Origin: a virus | Taxonomy: Duplodnaviria; Caudoviricetes | Virus record (IMG/VR): IMGVR_UViG_3300017722_005389 | Length of the DNA stretch: 64,000 nt | Strand: one strand, 5' to 3' | Part shown: piece by piece, positions 47,165 to 57,153 of the stretch | How the letters are laid out: every line of letters begins with the position of its first letter | Numbering within the stretch: the first letter of the stretch is position 1 | Program-made: the position numbers and the translations under genes | The notes under the pieces: generated by a model | What the model was told of the DNA's origin: nothing | The model's database searches: none | What the model saw: only the letters and a program-made list of their open reading frames with translations

Positions 47165-48220
47165 ATGTATTTAAATGAAACAGATTCGAGTTCTTCAGGA
47201 AGTTTTGAAGCTTCATTTGGAGGAAAAATGATAAAAAGAAGTTTCCACCCTTTTTATCCTTTAGAACAAAAAACACAAAAACGTAAAAAAAAGAAAAAAA
47301 TGAAAAATATCACAATTTCTGAAATTGAAAACATCGCTTTAAAAGCACTTATTTTCGAAGAGGTATATAGCGAAAAACCAGTTGAACCAAAAGGAAAAGA
47401 AATTTCTACAAGAAATATGAAACAAGAAATTTCAAGTTCTAAACCTTCAAAGGCTACTGAAAAAATCAAAAGTAAATCTGGAAAAGAGCATTCTTCAGAT
47501 ATTAAGAGTAGAACTGGTAAAGTAAAAGCTTCAATCAAAAATAATTTGAAAGGTGCCGAAGTTGAAGATGTTAACAAAGATAAAAAAGTTGATGATGATT
47601 ATGAAGTAGAAGCATATCAGAATGGTATGGAAGATATTGCATATGAAAGAATCTCAGATAAACAAAAGCAAAAAATTAAAGACCAGATTAGCGCAAAAGG
47701 TTCGAAAAAAGATCCTAACGCAGAAAAAAGCGGAAAGGTGGCAAAGAAAATGATTGATGGTGTTAAAAAACGTGATAGCTCAAAAGCAAATAATCCTTTC
47801 AATCGCTTAACACAATCAGGTTCTGACATAGAATATACTCAAAAAAGGAATCAGTCTGATTACCGACCAACTAAAAAGACTGCAATACAGGAAAATACAA
47901 TCAAAAGACTTTCTTTCAAAAGAGAGTTTGAAAGTACAAAGGACATGCTTGAAAGAATTCCTTCAAATTATAAAAGTCATGAGAAGATTTTTGAAATGTT
48001 TGATGGTAATAACAAATACAAAGTTCGTTGGGAAGGAAACTCAATTAATGGTACAGGTGTTATATTAGAGCAGCACAGTGAAGCTAAGGAGAATAGAATG
48101 TATGATATGTTCGACAAACTCGTAAATAATGGATTAAACGAAGGTTATAATTCATCTGAATTGAATGAGAATAATATTTTTAAGAGCTTTTTAAATTTTT
48201 CAAGAGAATTAAATGGATAA
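47165..48220 (+). CDS. Lys/Glu-rich hypothetical late protein (prohead core/internal candidate)
   Basis: 351 aa, charged; multiple LxE/IxE sites; internal ATG (MKNITISE) after an A-rich tract. Confidence 0.65.
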   Translation: MYLNETDSSSSGSFEASFGGKMIKRSFHPFYPLEQKTQKRKKKKKMKNITISEIENIALKALIFEEVYSEKPVEPKGKEISTRNMKQEISSSKPSKATEKIKSKSGKEHSSDIKSRTGKVKASIKNNLKGAEVEDVNKDKKVDDDYEVEAYQNGMEDIAYERISDKQKQKIKDQISAKGSKKDPNAEKSGKVAKKMIDGVKKRDSSKANNPFNRLTQSGSDIEYTQKRNQSDYRPTKKTAIQENTIKRLSFKREFESTKDMLERIPSNYKSHEKIFEMFDGNNKYKVRWEGNSINGTGVILEQHSEAKENRMYDMFDKLVNNGLNEGYNSSELNENNIFKSFLNFSRELNG

Positions 48221-48629
48221 AACAAACGTAAAAACATTTTACGAAAAGAAAGTCTTTTATGTTCAAAACGAATTCATAAAGGACTTTCTTTTTTTTCTTT
48301 TATACAAGATTGAAAAAACCTATCTTGGCGATGAAATAATGAATATGGAAAATAAACGTGATCATTTTGAATGGTCTGTAAATGAAACAGTTTTAAATTT
48401 CAAGAAGGAAGAAATTCATGTAAACGTTAGTAAAGACTTTATAAGTAAACTGTTCGATACCTTTAGCACGTATTATTATTCTTTGAAAAAAAATCGTAAT
48501 ACTGTTGAAGATTTAAAAATTAGATTTACTAACATCTTTAATTCTTCAATCAGCAAAACTCCAACACAGATTGAAGAGACTGTATTTTATGTAAGACTAT
48601 TCACAAGCCATATGGGAAATAGTTTTTAA
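48213..48629 (+). CDS. hypothetical protein
   Basis: 138-aa ORF coupled to the upstream gene. Confidence 0.7.
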   Translation: MDKTNVKTFYEKKVFYVQNEFIKDFLFFLLYKIEKTYLGDEIMNMENKRDHFEWSVNETVLNFKKEEIHVNVSKDFISKLFDTFSTYYYSLKKNRNTVEDLKIRFTNIFNSSISKTPTQIEETVFYVRLFTSHMGNSF

Positions 48630-48656
48630 AAAAATTTCATATATTAATAATAAAAT

Positions 48657-48983
48657 ATGGAAGAATTAGAAAGTATTCGATTAAGAATTTTAACTCTTAT
48701 AAGTGCAGATAAGATTATTTTGAAATCTGACAGTTACTTCTTGGAAGATATTGAAGAGGAAACTGAAGAGTCTAAGAAAAAACGAGTCAAAACAGGATTA
48801 AAACCTCACAAGTATAAAAAAGGAGACTGGAAGAAAGCTATGTCTTTGAAAGAAGGTAGACATGCAAGAATAAGATTAAGGCTACTTTTGAAAAGACTTG
48901 AGAAGGCATTAAAGGATGCAAAAGATTTAATTCAAAAGCAAAATAAATTAGTAAGAGTGATGAAAGAAAGAGGTGAATTATAA
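48657..48983 (+). CDS. hypothetical basic protein
   Basis: 108-aa ORF. Confidence 0.65.
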   Translation: MEELESIRLRILTLISADKIILKSDSYFLEDIEEETEESKKKRVKTGLKPHKYKKGDWKKAMSLKEGRHARIRLRLLLKRLEKALKDAKDLIQKQNKLVRVMKERGEL

Positions 48984-48990
48984 TTCAATA

Positions 48991-49437
48991 CTAATCTTTT
49001 AAAACTTTTTTATTTTTGTTCATAAGTTCTTGACCTTTCATTTGGCAATAAATATCTGAAGTTTCAAAATAAGATTCTGCTTTTTCTGTAAGATCCAAAA
49101 TATTATGAATTATCCAGCATACTCCACTTATAATTGCACCATCAAATACTTTATACATTCCGATATTCAAATAAAAAAGAATTGAAGAAATTATGGTTCC
49201 ATTTGAACTTGTAAATGTAGAAAATGTGTTATATGAAATAGAACCTAAATAGAAGCTAAGAAATACTCCAACCCAAAATCCAAGACATCTTGGGCACCTG
49301 ATAAGCATTCCAAAGAAATTTTCATAAATTTCATCAGAACCATTATCAATTCTGTTTCTTACTCCTTCGAATATGGTTGATTTTGATACGATGGTTGTTA
49401 CACCAAACCCTATAAGTAAAAACAATAGTACATTCAT
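48991..49437 (-). CDS. DUF1360-like membrane protein
   Basis: SKSTIFEGVR...LIRCPRCLGFWVG plus hydrophobic helices. Confidence 0.75.
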   Translation of the reverse strand: MNVLLFLLIGFGVTTIVSKSTIFEGVRNRIDNGSDEIYENFFGMLIRCPRCLGFWVGVFLSFYLGSISYNTFSTFTSSNGTIISSILFYLNIGMYKVFDGAIISGVCWIIHNILDLTEKAESYFETSDIYCQMKGQELMNKNKKVLKD

Positions 49438-49478
49438 ATTTTTTATTGTTAATATATTTATTTTAAACCGAAAATAAA

Positions 49479-49718
49479 ATGAGTTGGACTGATACAGATT
49501 TTAAAGATTTTGACCAGGATAAAACCCAGTCAAAAAAAGAATTAGATTTTAATAAAAAAAGAATCGCTTCAATGTTGAAAAAAGATCGTAAAACGATAAA
49601 AGAAATAAAGGGTAATTATACCTTCAAGAAAAGATTTTTTCTCTTTAGATGGTATGATATTCTAAAGAGAAAAAGCTATTTCTATAGGAATTATATTTTG
49701 TATAAAATTTTTGGTTAA
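49479..49718 (+). CDS. hypothetical basic protein
   Basis: 79 aa, preceded by TATTTATT. Confidence 0.6.
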   Translation: MSWTDTDFKDFDQDKTQSKKELDFNKKRIASMLKKDRKTIKEIKGNYTFKKRFFLFRWYDILKRKSYFYRNYILYKIFG

Positions 49719-50446
49719 GGTTCAGTCGTGTATCTTTTCATCCAAGACATGGAAACACCTAAATGTTTAATAGCCTCATCCATAAGTTCTTTTTTCTTAT
49801 CCGTTGCAGCTATACCTCTGAACATGAATAGCACCATATTTTTAGAAGTCAAAAATTCAAGGAAGAAATTATAAAGTCTTTTAGCATCATCAACATTATG
49901 GCACAGTATCATATTGAAATCATCCATACTATCAGTGATAACAATTTTATTATTTACAATATAAACCTCATATGATTTAGCCTTTCTAAGACGATCTAAA
50001 AATATATTTGATAAAATTTCTAGCGAATTCAATCTTCTTTTGTAACCATAAACTTTAAAGCATTCCTCACTTTTCAAAGTAAATTTTTGTATGATTTCCC
50101 AATCACCATTCACTTTTTCTTCAATAATACCCATTCCTGTATAAATTTTTCTAAATTCAGAACCATCCTTTTTCTTACGAACAAAAAGTATTTCAAGGGT
50201 ATTTTTATAAATACTTTCATCCCCCTTAGTAGTTCTATATTTACTTGGGAAAACTGTAGTGTTATTTTCACGCATTGCATTGAAAAGTTTCTCAGCTAAA
50301 TAAAATTTTCCATAATTTTGAACTATTCTGTGAATCTTCTTGTTTTTCACTAAAAGGATAGCATATTCTAAAGTTTCAGGGCTGACAGGCTTTCTATTTT
50401 TCAAAAAAACATTTAAAAAGGTATAATGATTATTTAACATGCGCAA
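49715..50446 (-). CDS. hypothetical protein
   Basis: 243-aa ORF; start uncertain (TTG 50446 or ATG 50440). Confidence 0.7.
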   Translation of the reverse strand: MRMLNNHYTFLNVFLKNRKPVSPETLEYAILLVKNKKIHRIVQNYGKFYLAEKLFNAMRENNTTVFPSKYRTTKGDESIYKNTLEILFVRKKKDGSEFRKIYTGMGIIEEKVNGDWEIIQKFTLKSEECFKVYGYKRRLNSLEILSNIFLDRLRKAKSYEVYIVNNKIVITDSMDDFNMILCHNVDDAKRLYNFFLEFLTSKNMVLFMFRGIAATDKKKELMDEAIKHLGVSMSWMKRYTTEP

Positions 50447-50807
50447 TAAAAATATAAATTATGTTGTTATAGGTATAATTGTAAAATCTTCTAAAGATAT
50501 AATGATCACTTCATTAGTTCAAGACGAAAATAAAGAATTCTATATAATGGATTTAATTCATGGTACAAATTTTAAAGAATATTATTTTTATAAAATTTCA
50601 GTATCAAATATTTCAAAATTCTTAACAGAAAAAAATAAACTAGCACTTTTCCCAGAAAGTAAAATTATATATCGTATTCACACATTTGACAATAGAATAA
50701 TTGGTATCGAAAATGTTAATAACACAACATTGTTCGCAAACGAATTAGACACAGAGTGGGAATGTGAAGATTACGATAACATCTATTCATATATAAATAA
50801 TCTATAA
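50439..50807 (+). CDS. hypothetical protein
   Basis: 122-aa ORF; start uncertain. Confidence 0.6.
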   Translation: MRNKNINYVVIGIIVKSSKDIMITSLVQDENKEFYIMDLIHGTNFKEYYFYKISVSNISKFLTEKNKLALFPESKIIYRIHTFDNRIIGIENVNNTTLFANELDTEWECEDYDNIYSYINNL

Positions 50808-50819
50808 AATTTTTTAAAA

Positions 50820-51263
50820 ATGGCAAAAATTACTAAAGCTTCAGAAGAAACTATTGAAATCTTCAAAGAAAGAGCATCTCATTTGAATTTTAGCGAAGTC
50901 AAATGGACAGTTCACAATCAAGAAGATCTCAAAATGTCTAAAGACCACATGTGTGGAAAAGTTATTGTTAACAATCCTCATGCAGCAATGCATGGCTACG
51001 ATGTCATCTTCGTATTGAATGAAGATATTTTTGATAACCTCATCGATGAATATCAAAAAATGGTAGTAGATAAACTTTTTGCACAAGTTAATGTAGACCT
51101 CGAAAAAGAAAAAATTTCAAAAGCAACCCCAGATATTCAAGAATTCTCAGGGCTTCTTTTGAAATATGGAAACGAGCTACTTTCACTAAGAAGTGAAATC
51201 GAAAGATTGTATAATAAAGCAAAGGAAGATGAAACTAAAAATGATGGGACATCTGTAGATTAG
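50820..51263 (+). CDS. putative phage metallopeptidase-family-like protein
   Basis: FVLNEDIFDNL..YQKMVVD, ATPDIQEFSG resemble this family; no clear HExxH. Confidence 0.55.
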   Translation: MAKITKASEETIEIFKERASHLNFSEVKWTVHNQEDLKMSKDHMCGKVIVNNPHAAMHGYDVIFVLNEDIFDNLIDEYQKMVVDKLFAQVNVDLEKEKISKATPDIQEFSGLLLKYGNELLSLRSEIERLYNKAKEDETKNDGTSVD

Positions 51264-51415
51264 CTAATACCTTCTCTCATTCTTTTTAACAACTCTTCTC
51301 TAATTTGTGCTTTCGTTTTTTCTTTCTTACTGAAAGAGGCAGTTAAATTTAATTGTTTCGCACTATAAGAGTAAACAATAGTTTTACTTTTATTTTTATT
51401 ACATCCGCAAGCCAT
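51260..51415 (-). CDS. 51-aa MACGCNK small basic protein (not in the ORF track)
   Basis: Manual translation MACGCNKNKSKTIVYSYSAKQLNLTASFSKKEKTKAQIREELLKRMREGIS*; TATTTATA 15 nt upstream. Confidence 0.7.
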   Translation of the reverse strand: MACGCNKNKSKTIVYSYSAKQLNLTASFSKKEKTKAQIREELLKRMREGIS

Positions 51416-51430
51416 AATATTTCTTTTTTA

Positions 51431-51438
51431 TATAAATA
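51431..51438 (-). promoter_or_regulatory. TATTTATA putative late promoter
   Basis: Upstream of minus-strand ORF start 51415. Confidence 0.5.
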
Positions 51439-51455
51439 TCTAATAACTATAAATT

Positions 51456-52211
51456 ATGAAATCTATTAATTCAATAATTTCTTACATTATTATTATAATA
51501 ATCGCTTTAATGCTTTTAAAATTCTTTTCTTCAAAAGAAGATGTTAATCTTTCTAATGAATCTAAAAATTCTAATTATAAATATATAAAAGAAAAAAGGG
51601 TTTTGAGTTCTATTAATGAAGTGAAATATGTTGCCGAAGAACATATTAATGAACTTAAAAAAGTTTACGAGAAAAAAAATATTTCTAAAAAAGAAAAGGA
51701 TTTTATTTTAGGGCTTATTAGAGTTTCATTGGAAGAAGAATATAAATTTGGAATACCTGCAAATATAAAGATAGCACAATCTATTGTCGAATCTGGATGG
51801 GGTCGGGATGGGATAGCTAAAAATTATAATAACTACTATGGTATAAAACATAAAAGCTATTATACAAAAGAAGAAAAACCTCTTGTAAGCAAACCTGTTT
51901 CATTAAGAACTCACGAGTATACTAAAGAAGGTAAGAAGTATTATATTGATGATAAATTTATCTCTTATGAAAGTAGATGGGCTTCTATAAGACATCATTC
52001 AATATTCCTTAAAACCCAAATGGAAATTTCAAGTAGAAATGGATATAAAAATTTAAATGATATCCCTACGAATGATTACAGGGGCTGGGCTCATAATTTA
52101 CAAAAAGCAGGATACGCTACTTCCCCACATTATGCCACAAATTTAATTAAAATAATTGAATACTATGGCTTAGAAAATATAAATTTAAGTCAAAAAGGCA
52201 TTTCATCCTAA
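51456..52211 (+). CDS. GH73 glucosaminidase (FlgJ/LytG-like) with N-terminal membrane anchor
   Basis: GIPANIKIAQSIVESGWG, NNYYGIK, LQKAGYATSPHYA; N-terminal IISYIIIIIIALMLL. Confidence 0.92.
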   Translation: MKSINSIISYIIIIIIALMLLKFFSSKEDVNLSNESKNSNYKYIKEKRVLSSINEVKYVAEEHINELKKVYEKKNISKKEKDFILGLIRVSLEEEYKFGIPANIKIAQSIVESGWGRDGIAKNYNNYYGIKHKSYYTKEEKPLVSKPVSLRTHEYTKEGKKYYIDDKFISYESRWASIRHHSIFLKTQMEISSRNGYKNLNDIPTNDYRGWAHNLQKAGYATSPHYATNLIKIIEYYGLENINLSQKGISS

Positions 52212-52279
52212 ATAAAATATGCCATTATGGCATTGGCATACAGTTTGAAAAAAAAAATCATACAAAAACAATTATAACT

Positions 52280-52591
52280 ATGGATATTTTTAATTTTTTA
52301 GAAAACTTTTTTGAGAAATCAAAAAACCCTCTTGAAAGCATGAAGGCTAAACACGGAGGAAAAATCGAAACAACTTACCAGAAGCTTACGAGAGTAAAAA
52401 AAGTTTGGACTTCTGAAGATGGTACAATGTCACAAGAGTATGTGTCTTATATTGAAGGAGATCCTGATGAAAAAGAAATTAAGCTTCAAAGCCTTTTTGA
52501 GGAGAAAAATGAAGCTCTCAAAAAAGAAGACTATGAAAGATGTGCTGAAATCAAAAAAGAGATTGAGGCTTTAAAAAAAACACAAAAATAA
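52280..52591 (+). CDS. UvrB/UvrC-motif protein
   Basis: C-terminal EEKNEALKKEDYERCAEIKKEI. Confidence 0.8.
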   Translation: MDIFNFLENFFEKSKNPLESMKAKHGGKIETTYQKLTRVKKVWTSEDGTMSQEYVSYIEGDPDEKEIKLQSLFEEKNEALKKEDYERCAEIKKEIEALKKTQK

Positions 52592-52598
52592 AAATTTG

Positions 52599-52628
52599 GG
52601 TGGGAGCATCTCCCACCTTTATTTTTTT
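52599..52628 (+). terminator. Rho-independent terminator
   Basis: GGTGGGAG-CAT-CTCCCACC plus T tract. Confidence 0.85.
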
Positions 52629-52658
52629 ATACTTTTTTCTATATTAAAAATAAAAAAA

Positions 52659-53003
52659 ATGGAGATAAAAACTTTTCCCGAAGAACCGTTTAATGATTTA
52701 TTTTTAGCAATGGATATTACTTCATCTCATGATAGAGAAGAATTTTTTACAGCAATTTCATTTTTTACTAATGAATGCGAAAAAATAGCTAAAGATCAAA
52801 ACTTAGAAGAAGGCAATGAAATAAGTGCATACTTTAATTGGCGAGCAATTGAGTCTGACAGGTATTTTAAAGTTTTCTTTACGTATTACCATTCAGAAGA
52901 ACTTTATGTTGGAGTTGACAGTTTTGAAGAAATTTCTAAAGAAGAATATATCGAAACTTATAATAACATTCCAAACGAAGATTGTGGTTGCAATGGAGAA
53001 TAA
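52659..53003 (+). CDS. hypothetical acidic protein
   Basis: Start set at MEIKTF after the terminator. Confidence 0.65.
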   Translation: MEIKTFPEEPFNDLFLAMDITSSHDREEFFTAISFFTNECEKIAKDQNLEEGNEISAYFNWRAIESDRYFKVFFTYYHSEELYVGVDSFEEISKEEYIETYNNIPNEDCGCNGE

Positions 53004-53436
53004 CAAAATAAAAGAATTGTTAGATATATCTGCAAACATAGACATGTTAAATGCGGAAATTAGTGCTCTAATCGATATGAGTAAAATACCGTACCGCATA
53101 GTTTATGTTCCAGATGAACATTTTGTTCTTGATGAGAATATGAAATATTCTGCACATGAACCCGAAGAATATCTAATGTTAGATGGAAATCCTGAATCTA
53201 AACAATCAAAAATGCCAACAAATGGATTTTCAATAACAACTATACTCAGAGGAAGAAAGGAGCAAACTACCCAATATCTAAACATTATAGGTCAAATTGG
53301 GACAAAAATTTTATTTATAAGACCTTTTATTGAAGGTAATAATTTAAAAGTTTTTAATCCAAGCCCTAGTGGTGGATGGCATATAAGAGTAGCCTTATTA
53401 AAAGAAACGGATTATAAAAGAATTGGGATGATTTAA
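52993..53436 (+). CDS. hypothetical protein
   Basis: Start set at MENNKIK, overlapping the upstream stop. Confidence 0.65.
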   Translation: MENNKIKELLDISANIDMLNAEISALIDMSKIPYRIVYVPDEHFVLDENMKYSAHEPEEYLMLDGNPESKQSKMPTNGFSITTILRGRKEQTTQYLNIIGQIGTKILFIRPFIEGNNLKVFNPSPSGGWHIRVALLKETDYKRIGMI

Positions 53437-53828
53437 CGTCTTAGGAAATATGTATAAAAAAGATGGAACCCTAATAGATTTATAAAGGTGAATAAACTCA
53501 ATAAAATATATAGCGTTTCTAAAGAATATTTTGTTCCAAGCAACATTCCCCCTGCTATTGATAAATAAATGCCTGTATGGCGAATTAAATTACCTGTATG
53601 CCATATATCTGTCGTAAAAACAAATATAGTGCTTAAGAGGTAGTTTTTTATTGGATTAGAATGGTATTTTCGAATATAAGTGTATTCTTTAGAACCAAAA
53701 AATGATTCTTTGGGGAATTTATTAAAAATAGATTTCCCCCAAACAGTTTCATTATCGGTAATATCCGAAACGGCTTTCCCAAAAAAAACAAAAAAGCACC
53801 CGATGAAAAAAATGAACATGCCTACCAT
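53433..53828 (-). CDS. membrane protein (TDxWH motif)
   Basis: Hydrophobic helices; VFTTDIWHTGN. Confidence 0.7.
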   Translation of the reverse strand: MVGMFIFFIGCFFVFFGKAVSDITDNETVWGKSIFNKFPKESFFGSKEYTYIRKYHSNPIKNYLLSTIFVFTTDIWHTGNLIRHTGIYLSIAGGMLLGTKYSLETLYILLSLFTFINLLGFHLFYTYFLRR

Positions 53829-54031
53829 AATCTTAAATATTTACCATAAGCATAAACACCTAACCCTGAGATAGGTAAAACAATAACTAAAACAGCCCAA
53901 AGAGGTAACATTTGAAGATGGTATAGATTAAATGCAACGCCTGACATAAAGCCTAGCATAAGTAAAATTGGAAGCACTTGAACTAAAATGCGATAACCTC
54001 CAGATAAAATAATAAATAATAAATCTTTCAT
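53822..54031 (-). CDS. small two-helix membrane protein
   Basis: 69 aa, mostly hydrophobic. Confidence 0.6.
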   Translation of the reverse strand: MKDLLFIILSGGYRILVQVLPILLMLGFMSGVAFNLYHLQMLPLWAVLVIVLPISGLGVYAYGKYLRLW

Positions 54032-54034
54032 TTT

Positions 54035-54568
54035 ATGATAAATATTCAGATAAGTACAGAAATTCCAAAATTTTTCAGAGATTTACATATGAAATCTGAA
54101 AAAGTTTCTTTTGAATCATATGTTCTTGATAAAATAAAAAATATTGAAACACCTTTAGACTCTAATATTTTCAATAATTTAATTGAAAATTTTAAACTTT
54201 ATAATGAGATTCAAATAAGAATTCCTATTTATGGAAATTCTATATTTTTTTTTGGTAATTGTTTGGTTTTTGAAGAAAAAAATAATATTTTTGTACCATC
54301 AGATTATTTTCCTGGTACTGGAGCTTCTGAATTAAATTTGATTGATGGATATATATATTCAGAACATGTTAAAGTATCACAAGTTCCAGATACAAAAATA
54401 CGAAGTCATATTATAAAAAATTTTAATCTTTCAGAAACTATCAATTTATTTTCAAACAAACAATTTCTTTCAGAGTACATTGAATTAATTGATAAAGTTA
54501 ATTTAACAGCTGAAATGAAATTATATGAAGATTGGATATTATTTAATTTAAATATTATTAAAAAATGA
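54035..54568 (+). CDS. hypothetical protein
   Basis: 177-aa ORF. Confidence 0.65.
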   Translation: MINIQISTEIPKFFRDLHMKSEKVSFESYVLDKIKNIETPLDSNIFNNLIENFKLYNEIQIRIPIYGNSIFFFGNCLVFEEKNNIFVPSDYFPGTGASELNLIDGYIYSEHVKVSQVPDTKIRSHIIKNFNLSETINLFSNKQFLSEYIELIDKVNLTAEMKLYEDWILFNLNIIKK

Positions 54569-55146
54569 TTACATTTGCATTATCTTTAGCAGTAACAGTT
54601 TTGTTTTTACTTTTATGTTTATTCACTGTTGTATATCGTCAGGAATTTAAAAAAAATATAGAACTGTCTAATAATATTAAAAAAATAGGTTCTTATTTAG
54701 AAGTAGCAAAAACTCTTACTAATGATTCGAGAGGTTATTATAAATACAAATACTTAGATACAGTATTTAATCTTGAGAACACTATAAATATTCCTTTTGA
54801 AATTGAAAGATTTTCTTTAAAGCACGATAAAGTATTGATCAGGTTTTTATTTAAAGAATTTCTCAATGAAAATCAAAGCAAAGGTATAAATATAGTTTTT
54901 GATGAGAATACTATCAAATTTCTTAAAATGATTGAATCTCAATGGTATGACGTAGATTCTGAAAATATTGTATGGGAAGATATAACTAGTTATTCAAAAG
55001 AACCTTTATTTAATGAATTTGAAGAAAAAGAAGTTTTAGAAATAGAATTAACTTTTCATGAAAAGCAAGATATAAATGGTTTTTTAAAATTCTCAACAAT
55101 TTCTGAAGAAACCAAAATAAATATCAAAAAAATTCTTAATCTATGA
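54565..55146 (+). CDS. hypothetical protein with N-terminal TM helix
   Basis: MITFALSLAVTVLFLLLCLFTVVY. Confidence 0.7.
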   Translation: MITFALSLAVTVLFLLLCLFTVVYRQEFKKNIELSNNIKKIGSYLEVAKTLTNDSRGYYKYKYLDTVFNLENTINIPFEIERFSLKHDKVLIRFLFKEFLNENQSKGINIVFDENTIKFLKMIESQWYDVDSENIVWEDITSYSKEPLFNEFEEKEVLEIELTFHEKQDINGFLKFSTISEETKINIKKILNL

Positions 55147-55673
55147 ATTATGATATAGAAGTGATGCGAAGATATGATACTAAGGAATTAGTTAATATAA
55201 AAACCTTTTATCAGGAAGTTATCGCTTCTAAAGAAAATTTTGATGTTTACATAGGAACCGATTCACAGTTCATTGCAGGCAAAATTAATTATACCACAGT
55301 AATAGCATTCAGATTTGGAAATAAAGGCGTGAGAGGGCTATATAGGACCTTAACTGAAATACAAAATACTTTTCATTTGTACGAAAAAAAAGGTAAAAAG
55401 AAACATAGACCTGTAGACAGAAAAAAAACCTTCAATAGTGAAATTTATGAGCGTCTTAGGAAAGAAACACTGCTTTCTATAGAAACTGCAAATTTCGTAA
55501 AAAAATTTTTGAAAGTGAAACAAATTGATTTAGACTATAGCACTAAAGCTATCAACATAAGTAATAATATTGTAGCAGAATGTCAGGCATTATGTTCATA
55601 TAACGAATTCAAGGTTTCTTTAAAAGGTGATGAACAAGTTGCTACACCATTTGCTGATAAAATTTGTAAATAA
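55143..55673 (+). CDS. RNase H-like YkuK/DUF458 family protein
   Basis: DVYIGTDSQ, YTTVIAF, LRKETLLSIETA, IDLDY, ATPFADKIC. Confidence 0.88.
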   Translation: MNYDIEVMRRYDTKELVNIKTFYQEVIASKENFDVYIGTDSQFIAGKINYTTVIAFRFGNKGVRGLYRTLTEIQNTFHLYEKKGKKKHRPVDRKKTFNSEIYERLRKETLLSIETANFVKKFLKVKQIDLDYSTKAINISNNIVAECQALCSYNEFKVSLKGDEQVATPFADKICK

Positions 55674-56089
55674 TGAATCAAGAAAACCCAGTACTCTTCA
55701 GATATCTTTTTAATGTTAACAACCCAAGTGATTGTGAAAAATCATTTATGGATAAAATTAATAATAATTCTGAAACTTTAGAACTTTTAAAAGATTTTGA
55801 TAAATTTCTAAGGGTATATCATCGTTATAGCCAATCAAAAATTGAAGAAATATTTAGGTTTATTTGTATGAACATAAGATTCCTTTCTCTAAAAACTATG
55901 ATAGATTCTGCAGTTGATAATACTTCTGATGAAGAATTGGTAGAGATCTTTGGAGATAGTATTTATGAGTATATGTATAATTATTGCATTGAATTGGAGT
56001 ATACTGATTTTAGAGCTGAAAAATATGCCCAACTTTATAAAAATTCATATAAATCAAATATAAAATTTTTTCTAAATGATAATCATTAA
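55673..56089 (+). CDS. hypothetical protein
   Basis: 138-aa ORF, TAATG coupled. Confidence 0.65.
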   Translation: MNQENPVLFRYLFNVNNPSDCEKSFMDKINNNSETLELLKDFDKFLRVYHRYSQSKIEEIFRFICMNIRFLSLKTMIDSAVDNTSDEELVEIFGDSIYEYMYNYCIELEYTDFRAEKYAQLYKNSYKSNIKFFLNDNH

Positions 56090-56660
56090 TTTCTATAAAC
56101 AAATTGAAACTTCTTGGGAAGAATTGAAAGTTAAAGCTATTCAAGAAGTTGAAAATTATGAAAAACATTTAATCGCTAACCCTATTCCAGTCGTGTTGGC
56201 ATTAGAAGAATGTTCAGATTATAAAAAAGCAGCCTCTTTAGGATTAAGAACTTTTATTCTTCAGGTGATAAATGATTGGAGTGCAAATGAAGACCCAATT
56301 CAATATTTGAATGACACATTTTTCCAAAGATTTGATATTATCGAATTGGATGGATTCTTAACTCCAAAATTAAAAATTGAAAAAATTAATTCCACTAAAG
56401 AATTATTTGATTTATTAAAGAAATCCAATATAAAAGTTTCTTTAGAAATTTTTGAAAAAATTCATTCGCTATATGAATTGAATCCAAATATATTCTGTGA
56501 TATCATTGAAGTACAATATGCGTTTATTGAAACTGAAGAGTTTTCTGAATATGAAGGCAAAACATTAGATAAATACCATGATGGTATTCCAGATGATGAA
56601 GATGATGAAGATGATGAAGATGAAGATGATGATGAAGATGATTTCGAACTCCCTTATTAA
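56076..56660 (+). CDS. hypothetical protein with Asp/Glu-rich tail
   Basis: Ends DDEDDEDDEDEDDDEDDFELPY. Confidence 0.7.
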   Translation: MIIINFYKQIETSWEELKVKAIQEVENYEKHLIANPIPVVLALEECSDYKKAASLGLRTFILQVINDWSANEDPIQYLNDTFFQRFDIIELDGFLTPKLKIEKINSTKELFDLLKKSNIKVSLEIFEKIHSLYELNPNIFCDIIEVQYAFIETEEFSEYEGKTLDKYHDGIPDDEDDEDDEDEDDDEDDFELPY

Positions 56661-56688
56661 TTAGAATTATAACAAGTAAATAGTAATT

Positions 56689-57123
56689 ATGCAAAAACCA
56701 ACTTACAAAGATCCTGAATTTGGATTACTTACGGCTGAAGAAGTTATAAAAACTTTAGAATTTGATCCAGATTCTGGAGAAATTATAGGTACTTCTGAAG
56801 ATGAAATATATAAGCTTCCTAATGGAGAATTTTGTATCATAATGAACAAAATTTTCAAAGATGCTCAAAATAATCCAATATCCAGCAGACACTTTGTTTT
56901 GAGAGATTGGTTGAAAAAAATTAATTCAGAAGATTTTACTACATACAAAACTCCCATAACACACGGTGATGAACAAGAAGGTAATAAATATGTAAATATT
57001 TCTAAAACAGAGATTGGAGACTATTTTGTGAATGTTATGGAAGTACATTTTGGTTATGATAATCCGCATGAATCAAAATGGTATATTAAAAAAGATTGGA
57101 TAGAAATTTTATCTAAATATTAA
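56689..57123 (+). CDS. hypothetical protein
   Basis: 144-aa ORF. Confidence 0.65.
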   Translation: MQKPTYKDPEFGLLTAEEVIKTLEFDPDSGEIIGTSEDEIYKLPNGEFCIIMNKIFKDAQNNPISSRHFVLRDWLKKINSEDFTTYKTPITHGDEQEGNKYVNISKTEIGDYFVNVMEVHFGYDNPHESKWYIKKDWIEILSKY

Positions 57124-57153
57124 TTTTATTAATTAACCAACTATTTAAAAACA

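Noticed and set aside
47165-47300. Possible fusion or slippage at the A-rich tract before internal MKNITISE
   Set aside because: The frame is continuous and there is no alternative-frame product; at most a second start site.
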